Of a DNA stretch of 64,000 nucleotides, positions 25,905 to 38,471 are shown piece by piece. The stretch is from NCBI GenBank assembly GCA_965649765.1, contig OZ287752.1, positions 33,728,001 through 33,792,000 of the forward strand, in the 5' to 3' direction. Position 1 is the first letter of the stretch. Each line of letters begins with the position of its first letter. The position numbers were made by a program, and so were the translations under genes. Source of the DNA: Bispira polyomma (Eukaryota). A model generated the notes under the pieces. That model searched no databases. It was not told the origin of the DNA and saw only the letters and a list, made by a program, of their open reading frames with translations.

Positions 25905-28900
25905 CTAGGCGCAGGAACTGGACCCATCTTGGGTTTCCTCAAGACTGCCTAAATCAGATCCACCAGTTATAACTCCTGCATTCCCCCTGGTTGAATCTAG
26001 GGTGTTGCTATTTCCAGAAGACATCACTGAATCTTCTGTGCTACTCACTGCATCGGGATTCACACTGACATTGTCGATCCGACCACTACTGCCCGAACCA
26101 GTTGTCTCACTGGTATCAACATCTGAAACACCAGAGATGCCTATCCCATCATGTTCCTCTGGCTCCAACTCCACATGGTCGTCAAGTATTCCATCAGGTA
26201 TGGATGGTGTAACTGCCACATTTGTTGGCACAGGCCGAGGAACAGGCCGTAGCTTCATGGCCCGATATACAACATCTGAGTCCTCAGAATCAGAACTAAC
26301 TGTTCCCGCATCCATCTCCCTGACCTCATCATTGTTTTCCTGTTTCACTTCTCGGTGAACAACTCTAGGTAGGGCAACAGGTTTCCTTGACGTCCGTGAG
26401 GATATAGGCAATAACATATTCCTGTGCAGTGTCCTTCGAGACCCCTTTCCAATCTCTGACTTCACTGTATACACAGGAATATCCGCATTAGGTTGTTCAA
26501 GTACGACAAACACGTCTTCAGTCCACTTGTCCGCTATTTTATGGGTACCCTTCAATCCAACATTTCGGACAAGTACACGATCCCCAACATCTAACACTGC
26601 ACCACGAATTCGGCGATCATACCATTCCTTCTGCTCCCATTGACTTTGGTTGGTATGCAGCTCAGCTAAGGCGTAGGCCGAGTTCAAGTGATCTCGAAGC
26701 TGAGACACATAGTCCTTTTGGTCCTTGTACAAGGTACCTAACTCCTGACCTAATGCAACATCCACCACAATCCTTGGCTGACCACCAAACATGAGGAAGT
26801 GAGGAGAAAGTAAGCAGTTGTAAGAGTGCACCAAAGAACCAATCTGACTCTTCCAATTTGCTTTCTTATCCGGATCAAGCGTTCCCAGCATATTCAATAA
26901 CGTAGAATTAAACCTCTCGGCTATTCCATTACCCATCGGATGGTACGGAGTAGTTCTACTCTTCTGAACGCCAGTCAATTTGCACAATTCTCGGATAAGC
27001 TTACTCTCAAAATTTCTCCCCTGATCGCTGTGCAACCGCTTGGGCAACCCATAATGCACAAAGAAGTGTTCAAACAGCACTCTAGCAGTTGTTGTGGCAG
27101 TCTGGTTCTTAGTAGGGTATGCTTGGGCATACTTGGTAAATTGGTCAGTTACCACAAGTACATTTTTGATGCCACCTTTCGAAGGCTCGAGCTTGAGAAA
27201 ATCCATGCATACCAATTCCATGAGTTGATGAGATTGTGTGCTAACCAATGGAGCGCACTGTGGATTCCAATCTTTTCTTCTGATACAACGTCCGCACTGA
27301 GCAATATAATCTGCAACCGTTTGATGCATGCCAACCCAGTAGAATCGATCACGAAGTAGCTCCAATGTCCGATCTCTTCCGAGATGACCCATTTTGTCCT
27401 GCACGAATTCCAGTACTACTTCATGATAACTACTGGGTAAAACAAGTTTCAATTTTGTCTCACCTGAGCACACTCTTTTTCGCATTAATTTTCCATCGAC
27501 CAATGAAAGAGCTTTCTCCTCCTTCCAGAGTTTCATTGCTCCAGGCGAAATTTTGCTCTTTACCAGACAATCAGTGAGTCTCATTTTGACTTCACTGATA
27601 CTAGGATCTTTATCCTGCTCTGCCATCCAGTCAATTTTGTTATCAAATGACAACTCGTCGTTCTCATCCAAACCATCCGGAATGCTCTCCTGTCCATAAC
27701 AGAAACATTCAACCGGAGAAACCTCATTGACATGAACTTGCAACAGCTGACTAATCACAGCAGCATTAACGTCTGGACATTTAATCCTGGACAAGGCATC
27801 AGCCACCCGATTGGAACTTCCAGGCTGGTAAGTCAAGGTAAAGTTGAAGTTAGCTAATTGGGAAACCCAACGGTGACCCGCAGCATCAAGTTTTGCAGTA
27901 TTCAAAACATAGGTCAAGGGATTATTGTCAGTAAAGACAGAAAAAGTGTTCCCATACAGGTAATCATAGAACTTCTCAGTGACAGCCCACTTTAGAGCCA
28001 GAAACTCTAGCTTGTGCACTGGATAATTCCTTTCAGATTTTGAAACACTACGGCTTGCGTAGGCAATCACTCGCTTTAACCCATTTTGCTCTTGAGATAA
28101 AGCTGCACCTAACCCCTTTCCACTTGCGTCAGTGTGTAAAATGAACGGTTTGGTGTAATCAGCGAAACCCAGAATCGGGGTTTCACAACACAACTGCTTC
28201 AACTGAGCAAAAGCTTCCTGCTGTGCAGATTCCCATTTCAAAGGCGGGTAACGAACCTTAGTCTTCGTCCTAGCTTTGTAGTGAACTCCCCCTTGCGCAA
28301 CCTCATGTAGTGGCTTTGCGATACGAGCGAAATCCTTTATGAAGTGCCGGTAAAAGCTCGTGAAACCAACAAAGCTTTGCACTTCATTTACCGTCTTTGG
28401 TTCAGGCCATGACTGAACACACCTGATCTTCTCCGGATCAACTGCAACTCCCTGCTCAGATACTACATGTCCTAGATACTAGATTTTCTTGCACATAAAG
28501 TGACACTTAGATGGGCTTAACTTCAACCCAGCTTCCTGTAATTTCTCGAAAACTGCTTTCAGTTGAATCACATGTTCCTCATATGTCTTACTAAAAATAA
28601 TGACATCATCGAGGTACAACAGACAATAGGACAAATGAAGATCTCCCATGCAATTTTCCATTAAACGTTGAAAGGTTGCCGGAGCATTGGTTAGACCAAA
28701 CGGCATCCGCTCACACTCCCAGAATCCCAGCGCCCAACTGTGAAAGCAGTCTTACTTTTATCCCCCTCCGCAAGTGGTACTTGCCAGTAACCGGATTTAA
28801 GATCCAAAACACTAAACCATTTGGCTCCTGACAATACATCAAGTGTTGAATCGATCCTGGGTAAGCTGTAACAATCTCTCACAGTTTTTGAGTTCAACGC

Positions 28901-30139
28901 GCGAAGGTCGAGACAAAATCTCAAGGCCCCATTCTTCTTGTGAACAATCACCACGTTTGAAGCATACGGGCTCTGTGATTTTCTTATCACACTCAAAGTC
29001 TGCATCTCTTTTAAATGTTTTCTGACTTCCTCGAACATAGAGGGTGGTATTGGTCGAGGTTTCTCTTTGAATGGTTTGTCGTCACTTAGCTTGATGTGAT
29101 GAACCGCCTTATCTGTCAAGCCCAAATCTAGGTCGGGTAGAGAAAAAACAGATTTCCATTTTAGGAGTAACTCTTGCATTTCCCCAACTTATGATGCAGT
29201 CAAGTGCGTTGCCATATCTTTAAAATGATCCAGGAAATCATCCCGCGCTTCATCAGTCTTCCCTGCTGGCAATTGGCTCAAGTGATGATTACTAGAATCC
29301 AAGGCAACCACATCGTCTATACTATAGAGGTCACATATCCGAGCTCTCGCTGGTATAGTAACTGTTTGAGACAGGTGATTTACCAACTCCACAGGTAGTT
29401 TGGTCTTACTTCTCCCTGGGAGAATGGTACTGATACTTGGAGTAGCTAAAACACCCTTGGGCAAGCCAGTAGAACCATCCAAACATATGTTCATACATTG
29501 ACATATGGCTTTAACCCTAGCCTGACCATACACAATCATCCGCCCATTTGCAGGTATAGTAAGAGGCTTTGTCACAGACAATGTACCTACAGAATCAGAC
29601 TGTCCGGCGATGGCATCATGTTTAGCCAAAACAGCTAATACGGCTTTCCACGTGGAATCATTGTCCACTATTGTTGAATCAATGCAGCGCAATGCGTTAG
29701 TCCCCAAGAGTACTGGCACACGGTCATGATAGACCGTATTTGGTATGACCAACATCAAAACTGACATCTTTTCCATTTGTAACTCAGGAGAACTAATGTT
29801 TACTTCAACATAACCCCTATAAGACAACTTATGACCGCCAGCGCCCTGAACAGACAATAAATTATCTAACGGGTATATAGTCAACTTCAGTTTAGTACAG
29901 CAAATTTCAGACATAGTACTGACCATTGAGCCGGTGTCTAACAATGCAGTCACTAACATATCATTCACTCGTAACCGAACTTCATTCGCCCGACCCACAA
30001 TGTCCCCAATTAGTTTGACGGAGCGTTGTACCGGTTGGCTGGAGCGTTGAACCGGTTGATCGGTGCGTTGTACTGGTTGGCTGGAGTGTTGTACCGGTTG
30101 GTCGGAGCGCCCCTGCCTGCCGACCCCAAAGAGTTTAAA
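25905..30139 (-). pseudogene. pol: Gypsy pol, left unit: protease, RT, RNase H, integrase; disrupted
   Basis: LLDTGS protease; LDLKSGYWQ, MPFGLTNAPATFQ and YLDD (RT); LHTDAS, ELEFLALK-like and FTDNNPL (RH); GHLG..CGRC zinc finger, DFL, HSDQGRNFES and GNGIAERFN (IN). Stops at 29189 and 28479 and a frameshift at ~28730. Confidence 0.95.
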
Positions 30140-31485
30140 TGACAATTCCTTTGATAGTGTCCCAAATTTTTACACTTGAAGCAGCGTACGATGTTCCTAT
30201 CCGGCCTACCATTCGATCCACTCAAAGCTGGCTGTTGTCGATTAGTATTTGCAGGAACAGATTCATTTGTATCTTTAAACTTGACAAAGCGTGACAAAAT
30301 CTCATCCAGACCTTGCTTCAGCACTGGTGACATCTCTGTATGGACTTGTTGAGTCTTGACAGTTTGAACTGAACATTCGGACTCAATTTTCCTTGCCTCA
30401 ATAATGAGTTGCGGACTACCCGCAAGTACATCAAATTTGTGTCTTAGTGCGTTCTTGATCTGATCCCTATAGAGCTTTGTCCAAAACTGGGTGCTTACGA
30501 TAATATCGTAATTGTTGGGGCTTATCACAGTTGTGTCTTTGCGGGTGATCCTACTCGCGATATCCTCAAGTCGGGCATACCAATCAGTGACACTCTCCTC
30601 CGGTCGCTGTTCAGCGGCATAAAACTGCGCTAGTAACACATGCGGCGGATTAACATCCCCAAACATAATTTCATACTGACTCAGAATATCACTGGCCATT
30701 GCATTCTCCCCCATGTGTAGAACAACCTCCTGAGCTTGACCTTTTATTGCCCGCTTTATGGCCATCAGTATCATCCCCTCTGGAGCACCCTGGTTGATCA
30801 AGCATTGTACATCATATCTGAACTGCTCAAAGGAACAATCCTTGGAACAACCAGAAAATGTACTGACCCTCACATTGTGGGCGGTACTAGGGTAACCAAA
30901 GTGAAATGTGTTCTCACCCTGTGGAGCGGGTGTTGAAGTTCGCAAGCCTGCGGCTGGTATAGAGGAATAAGGAGCGGGTGGAAAGTATAACTTCTCAAAC
31001 TGTTTCTGCTTCTGACTAGCAGCGATCCCATCATGGCCATCGGCCCCAACCAGGAGTTTACTTCCAGCTGCACCAGCAGTCTTGGCGTCAAGAGCGGTCT
31101 TTAGAAGTTGCTGTTGCTCCATAGACAAACCAGCAATAGCTTCCAGGATTATCCCTAACTGCGAATTAATACTATTCCCAATAGCCTTAGTCTCGACCAT
31201 TGGAGATTGTTTTCGATCCAACATACTCGGCTTCAACTCCTATAACTCCTCGATCAAGGAAAAGGATGGCCTAGTCACCTTAACAATGTTCCCAAGAACT
31301 GACCGACCATCGACGAAAGAAACAAAAGCTGCGGAGTCCCCATGAGGCACATCACAGACAATTTCATCTGTGTTGGCAGCCAAGTCAAGACTATCCTTCA
31401 ACTCATTTGGATCGAAGTCTTGCTTCAAATCACTCACATAAGCAATATATGAAAGCGCCATAGCGGAGCACGCACTCACACTCAA
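30010..31485 (-). pseudogene. gag: Gypsy gag, left unit (PNMA-like capsid plus CCHC knuckle), nonsense codon at ~31240
   Basis: FSGCSKDCSFEQFRYDV..AIKGQA..FGDV..FYAAEQRPEESVTDW; CFKCKNLGHYQRNC; TAG where the right unit has CAG. Confidence 0.92.
30095..30139 (-). promoter_or_regulatory. Predicted -1 programmed ribosomal frameshift signal (T_TTA_AAC at 30139-30133 plus downstream hairpin); second copy at 38471-38465
   Basis: Gag frame CAT TTA AAC; the -1 frame TTT AAA CTC TTT GGG is the protease ORF; a GGTCGG...CCGACC stem begins ~7 nt downstream. Confidence 0.8.
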
Positions 31486-32853
31486 TTAAACTTAATGATT
31501 TCTACCACTGTTCTAAATCGCAGCTTAACGAACAGCCGGCTAACTAGTTTCTCATAAAATGAGAATCTAAACGAAGGTATAGTATATTTTCTCACAATAA
31601 AATAGTACAATAGTCACAATAAAAAATAACTTTCAAGCAATATCACTTCCACATGCCATTCAATCACACAAACATAACGCCATGCGCAACCATACACTAT
31701 CAATATTGTAATAAAAAAATAAAAATATTGTATAACAAAAGTTCAACAATCAAATGTACTGTACGTACTTACAACTCCTGTGTGCTATATATATTAAGCA
31801 GGATACACACAATACTGTCTTAAGGTAATCTACTCAATACTTTCTAGCATTTACAAAAATATAAGTTTCATAATATTATCTTGCAACCATGCAAAAGATA
31901 CAGACCAGCAGTTGAACATAAATAATAAAAGAATGCAGTCCAAGTGTAAACTATCACTATACTTCTACTACAAATGCACCTGCCAAGTTACCAAGAAAAA
32001 AAAATAAAACATTAGGAAATATTCTGACCAAGCCACTTTATCTTCACCACTGGTGATGTACAACCAGTTAATTCAACGCGGCATATAAATAAAAGCACTA
32101 TAAAATCAGTTCTTTCTACATATACTAATATTTCCAAGTAATGCACCACAATACTATATGATCAAAATATTTCCCAACATGAAATCCAAAACAGTAGCAA
32201 TAGCAAAATACACATGCAAAAGAAGAACCGAAAAGTAAACAGTTCAATTCAACTTATAACTTCAGTAGACTTGATTAAATGTTGATTAACTTAAATACTA
32301 TTGAGTAAACCCACTTGACTGACAATTAGTAAAAATAACATAGACAGAAAGCAATAAAGCAGACCACCACAATATAATGGAAGCACAGCAAATTAAAGTG
32401 TCAAGCAAAACTATAAGCAGTAATTACGCATGCAGCTTAATATAGTTAATGTGATGAAACAATTAAATATGAATAAACTAGCAATTACTTAACAACATAA
32501 CTTATACTACGTTAGCCAGGTTCAGTCACTTGCATTACAGTGTTGTCTCCAACAATTCACTACTTTCAGGTATCTCTCACTTTTCTTGCCTAAAACTGGT
32601 ATCTGTATGCTTTCCGGCTACAATTTTACTATGCATGTTCACTTTCGGCAAATGTTCCCTCCTACACCGAACAAAGCCCATCACACGAAACTTTCACTTG
32701 AATCACTCCATACTCTCCCTGATGATAACTGTGACACCAGTAACAGCGACGAAACACACTATCGACCACCAGGTAAGTCGTTTCCCACTTAGTTAAGTAA
32801 GCCACTTAACTATCAGTGCAGGTGTTCTTTTGGTTTACACGCAGGATCTCACA

Positions 32854-32871
32854 ATCTCATTAGAGGCTCCA
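32854..32871 (-). promoter_or_regulatory. Primer-binding site (possibly tRNA-Thr); copy at 41190-41207 has TGG>TGA
   Basis: Minus strand reads LTR-CA T TGGAGCCTCTAATGAGAT; the tRNA identity is an inference. Confidence 0.75.
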
Positions 32872-32872
32872 A

Positions 32873-33844
32873 TGTTGCTGGACCCATCTTCATACCAAGG
32901 ATATGCGAGGATTCCGGACTTGACGAGATCATGGTAGTAACCAAAGAATGAAAAGAGTCTCTTAAATAAAACTGTTTATTGGCAAATCTCACCAGGTAGT
33001 ACAGCAGTAACACCACGCAGCAATACGGCTACAGGCGCCAACTCAGAACATCACCAAAACAAAACACCTATAATAATTTAACCTCATTAAGAATATGCAC
33101 AAATATAAATAAATACTAAATTAATAATTTACATAATTACTTCTAACCACTATATCACTACTAGCAATACCAAAAGAAATTGAACAACCCAAATAGATAC
33201 CAACATGACCGCAATTGCCTTTTAACAATATTAAACCAAAAATATAAATTATCATTGCAATACTACCCATATAACTTTACCATTATTAAGAACTACATAA
33301 AACTGTATACAACTATATACAAGACAACTACAAACTAACCAACAATACTGTTCTATTCAGAATGACTAGATTATCACAATTAAGTTAATATAGCACCATA
33401 AACTAACTCAAATGCACCAATACAAAAATATAGATTAAACTATTTTTATCACAGATCATGTATAATATAGTGTGCAATAACAAAACATTCTTGACTTCAT
33501 TAATAAACTTAATAGTAAAAGTACTGATATAACTAAAAAAAGATAATTTCCAGAATTTACTGAACACAGTCATTACAGAACACATAACAGAACCAATCTA
33601 ATCATTCCACTCAAACTCACCTGCACTCAAAACATCAATAAATAAAGATGCCACGACAGATTACAGCTTACAACATCATAAAACAACAACACAAAGGCAG
33701 TTAATTACATTTCTAGTAAAACCGGTCCATTTTCATCAAAACAGGATATGGAAGTGCGCCGATTTGCCGCGAATCTAACCGCTCAAATAAAAAGACAATA
33801 AAAATAGCCGCCGATATAAAATCGTCCGCGCTAGCACGGGCACA
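32873..33844 (-). repeat. Central shared LTR (972 bp)
   Basis: Flanked by the PBS of the left unit and the PPT of the right unit; no host DNA or TSD around it. Confidence 0.95.
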
Positions 33845-34282
33845 TACTTCCTCCTTACACGAAATGTCATCCTGACATTTACAAATATGACCTCACATGT
33901 CACACCTTCAACTTACACACTCTATTCATATCCACTCTTACCCTAGAGCTCTTATCAACTCTATAACCACACCTTTTGTCTTTCAATCAGTTGTCAAAAA
34001 GAGAAAAAAAATAAATAAATAACATAAAACACATAATAAAATATGTGAAAATCCAAGATGTAATGAAAAGGACTCATCATCATAGCTTCAAACAGAAACT
34101 GCATGATTAAAATAAATAAAATAAATATCATTAAAATAGATCAAAACAACTTCAGCACATCCTTCAATAAATGTATTTTGTGGACCACTGCCTCATTGTC
34201 AAGTGATGTATCAACATGCTGTGGGAAATTATAAACAAAATCGGACCGTAAATGAGCTTTTGAGGTCATCCGATTTGACCGT

Positions 34283-37200
34283 CTAGGTGCAGGAACTGGA
34301 CCCATCTTGGGTTTCCTCAAGACTGCCTAAATCAGATCCACCAGTTATAACTCCTGCATTCCCCCTGGTTGAATCTAGGGTGTTGCTATTTCCAGAAGAC
34401 ATCACTGAATCTTCTGTGCTACTCACTGCATCGGGATTCACACTGACATTGTCGATCCGACCACTACTGCCCGAACCAGTTGTCTCACTGGTATCAACAT
34501 CTGAAACACCAGAGATGCCTATCCCATCATGTTCCTCTGGCTCCAACTCCACATGGTCGTCAAGTATTCCATCAGGTATGGATGGTGTAACTGCCACATT
34601 TGTTGGCACAGGCCGAGGAACAGGCCGTAGCTTCATGGCCCGATATACAACATCTGAGTCCTCAGAATCAGAACTAACTGTTCCCGCATCCATCTCCCTG
34701 ACCTCATCATTGTTTTCCTGTTTCACTTCTCGGTGAACAACTCTAGGTAGGGCAACAGGTTTCCCTGACGTCCGTGAGGATATAGGCAATAACATATTCC
34801 TGTGCAGTGTCCTTCGAGACCCCTTTCCAATCTCTGACTTCACTGTATACACAGGAATATCCGCATTAGGTTGTTCAAGTACGACAAACACGTCTTCAGT
34901 CCACTTGTCCGCTATTTTATGGGTACCCTTCAATCCAACATTTCGGACAAGTACACGATCCCCAACATCTAACACTGCACCACGAATTCGGCGATCATAC
35001 CATTCCTTCTGCTCCCATTGACTTTGGTTGGTATGCAGCTCAGCTAAGGCGTAGGCCGAGTTCAAGTGATCTCGAAGCTGAGACACATAGTCCTTTTGGT
35101 CCTTGTACAAGGTACCTAACTCCTGACCTAATGCAACATCCACCACAATCCTTGGCTGACCACCAAACATGAGGAAGTGAGGAGAAAGTAAGCAGTTGTA
35201 AGAGTGCACCAAAGAACCAATCTGACTCTTCCAATTTGCTTTCTTATCCGGATCAAGCGTTCCCAGCATATTCAATAACGTAGAATTAAACCTCTCGGCT
35301 ATTCCATTACCCATCGGATGGTACGGAGTAGTTCTACTCTTCTGAACGCCAGTCAATTTGCACAATTCTCAGATAAGCTTACTCTCAAAATTTCTCCCCT
35401 GATCGCTGTGCAACCGCTTGGGCAACCCATAATGCACAAAGAAGTGTTCAAACAGCACTCTAGCAGTTGTTGTGGCAGTCTGGTTCTTAGTAGGGTATGC
35501 TTGGGCATACTTGGTAAATTGGTCAGTTACCACAAGTACATTTTTGATGCCACCTTTCGAAGGCTCGAGCTTGAGAAAATCCATGCATGTGGATTCCAAT
35601 CTTTTCTTCTGATACAACGTCTGCACTGAGCAATATAATCTGCAACCGTTTGATGCATGCCAACCCAGTAGAATCGATCACGAAGTAGCTCCAATGTCCG
35701 ATCTCTTCCGAGATGACCCATTTTGTCCTGCACGAATTCCAGTACTACTTCATGATAACTACTGGGTAAAACAAGTTTCAATTTTGTCTCACCTGAGCAC
35801 ACTCTTTTTCGCATTAATTTTCCATCGACCAATGAAAGAGCTTTCTCCTCCTTCCAGAGTTTCATTGCTCCAGGCGAAATTTTGCTCTTTACCAGACAAT
35901 CAGTGAGTCTCATTTTGACTTCACTGATACTAGGATCTTTATCCTGCTCTGCCATCCAGTCAATTTTGTTATCAAATGACAACTCGTCGTTCTCATCCAA
36001 ACCATCCGGAATGCTCTCCTGTCCATAACAGAAACATTCAACCGGAGAAACCTCATTGACATGAACTTGCAACAGCTGACTAATCACAGCAGCATTAACG
36101 TCTGGACATTTAATCCTGGACAAGGCATCAGCCACCCGATTGGAACTTCCAGGCTGGTAAGTCAAGGTAAAGTTGAAGTTAGCTAATTGGGAAACCCAAC
36201 GGTGACCCGCAGCATCAAGTTTTGCAGTATTCAAAACATAGGTCAAGGGATTATTGTCAGTAAAGACAGAAAAAGTGTTCCCATACAGGTAATCATAGAA
36301 CTTCTCAGTGACAGCCCACTTTAGAGCCAGAAACTCTAGCTTGTGCACTGGATAATTCCTTTCAGATTTTGAAACACTACGGCTTGCGTAGGCAATCACT
36401 CGCTTTAACCCATTTTGCTCTTGAGATAAAACTGCACCTAACCCCTTTTCACTTGCGTCAGTGTGTAAAATGAACGGTTTGGTGTAATCAGCGAAACCCA
36501 GAATCGGGGTTTCACAACACAACTACTTCAACTGAGCAAAAGCTTCCTACTGTGCAGAGTCCCATTTCAAAGGCGGGTAACGAACCTTAGTCTTCGTCCT
36601 AGCTTTGTAGTGAACTCCCCCTTGCGCAACCTCATGTAGTGGCTTTGCGATACGAGTGAAATCCTTTATGAAGCGCCGGTAAAAGCTCGTGAAACCAACA
36701 AAGCTTTGCACTTCATTTACCGTCTTTGGTTCAGGCCATGACTGAACACACCTGATCTTCTCCGGATCAACTGCAACTCCCTGCTCAGATACTAAATGTC
36801 CTAGATACTTGATTTTCTTGCACATAAAGTGACACTTAGATGGGCTTAACTTCAACCCAGCTTCCTGTAATTTCTCGAAAACTGCTTTCAGTTGAATCAC
36901 ATGTTCCTCATATGTCTTACTAAAAATAATGACATCATCGAGGTACAACAGACAATAGGACAAATGAAGATCTCCCATGCAATTTTCCATTAAACGTTGA
37001 AAGGTTGCCGGAGCATTGGTTAGACCAAACGGCATCCGCTCACACTCCCAGAATCCCAGCGCCCAACTGTGAAAGCAGTCTTACTTTTATCCCCCTCCGC
37101 AAGTGGTACTTGCCAGTAACTGGATTTAAGATCCAAAACACTAAACCATTTGGCTCCTGACAATACATCAAGTGTTGAATCGATCCTGGGTAAGCTGTAA

Positions 37201-38471
37201 CAATCTCTCACAGTTTTTGAGTTCAACGCGCGAAGGTCGAGACAAAATCTCAAGGCCCCATTCTTCTTGCGAACAATCACCACCACGTTTGAAGCATACG
37301 GGCTCTGTGATTTTCTTATCACACCCAAAGTCTGCATCTCTTTTAAATGTTTTCTGACTTCCTCGAACATAGAGGGTGGTATTGGTCGAGGTTTCTCTTT
37401 GAATGGTTTGTCGTCACTTAGCTTGATGTGATGAACCGTCTTATCTGTCAAGCCCAAATCTAGGTCGGGTAGAGAAAAAACGGATTTCCATTTTAGGAGT
37501 AGCTCTTGCATTTCCCCAACTTATGATGCAGTCAAGTGCGTTGCCATATCTTTAAAATGATCCAGGAAATCATCCCGCGCTTCATCAGTCTTCCATGCTG
37601 GCAATTGGCTCAAGTGATGATTACTAGAATCCAAGGCAACCACATCGTCTATACTATAGAGGTCACATATCCGAGCTCTCGCTGGTATAGTAACTGTTTG
37701 AGACAGGTGATTTACCAACTCCACAGGTAGTTTGGTCTTACTTCTCCCTGGGAGAATGGTACTGATACTTGGAGTAGCTAAAACACCCTTGGGCAAGCCA
37801 GTAGAACCATCCAAACATATGTTCATACGTTGACATATGGCTTTAACCCTAGTCTGACCATACACAATCATCCGCCCATTTGCAGGTATAGTAAGAGGCT
37901 TTGTCACAGACAATGTACCTACAGAATCAGACTGTCCGGCGATGGCATCATGTTTAGCCAAAACAGCTAATACGGCTTTCCACGTGGAATCATTGTCCAC
38001 TATTGTCGAATCAATGCAGCGCAATGCGTTAGTCCCCAAGAGTACTGGCACACGGTCATGATAGACCGTATTTGGTACGACCAACATCAAAACTGACATC
38101 TTTTCCATTTGTAACTCAGGAGAACTAATGTTTACTTCAACATAACCCCTATAAAACAACTTATGACCGCCAGCGCCCTGAACAGACAATAAATTATCTA
38201 ACGGGTATATAGTCAACTTCAGTTTAGTACAGCAAATTTCAGACATAGTACTGACCATTGAGCCGGTGTCTAACAACGCAGTCACTAACATATCATTCAC
38301 TCGTAACCGAACTTCATTCGCCCGACCCGCAATGTCCCCAATTAGTTTGACGGAGCGTTGTACCGGTTGGCTGGAGCGTTGAACCGGTTGATCGGTGCGT
38401 TGTACTGGTTGGCTGGAGCGTTGTACCGGTTGGTCGGGGCGCCCCTGCCTGCCGACCCCAAAGAGTTTAAA
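34283..38471 (-). pseudogene. pol: Gypsy pol, right unit; disrupted
   Basis: Same domains as the left unit; stops at 37521, 36547, ~36523 and 35369, a frameshift at ~37060, and a 49-bp deletion at ~35588. Confidence 0.95.

Noticed and set aside
26002-26358. Ser/Thr-rich + strand ORFs opposite the integrase tail (also 34287-34736, 26940-27359)
   Set aside because: Antisense shadows of pol coding sequence
29180-29191. In-frame TAA between protease and RT in both units as a possible programmed read-through
   Set aside because: UAA is a poor read-through codon, the position is atypical, and other clear inactivating lesions are also shared; a CAA>TAA mutation before the duplication is simpler
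32530-32796. Antisense 88-aa ORF in the Gypsy leader, open in both units
   Set aside because: The units are too similar for openness to imply selection; non-ATG start and no motif
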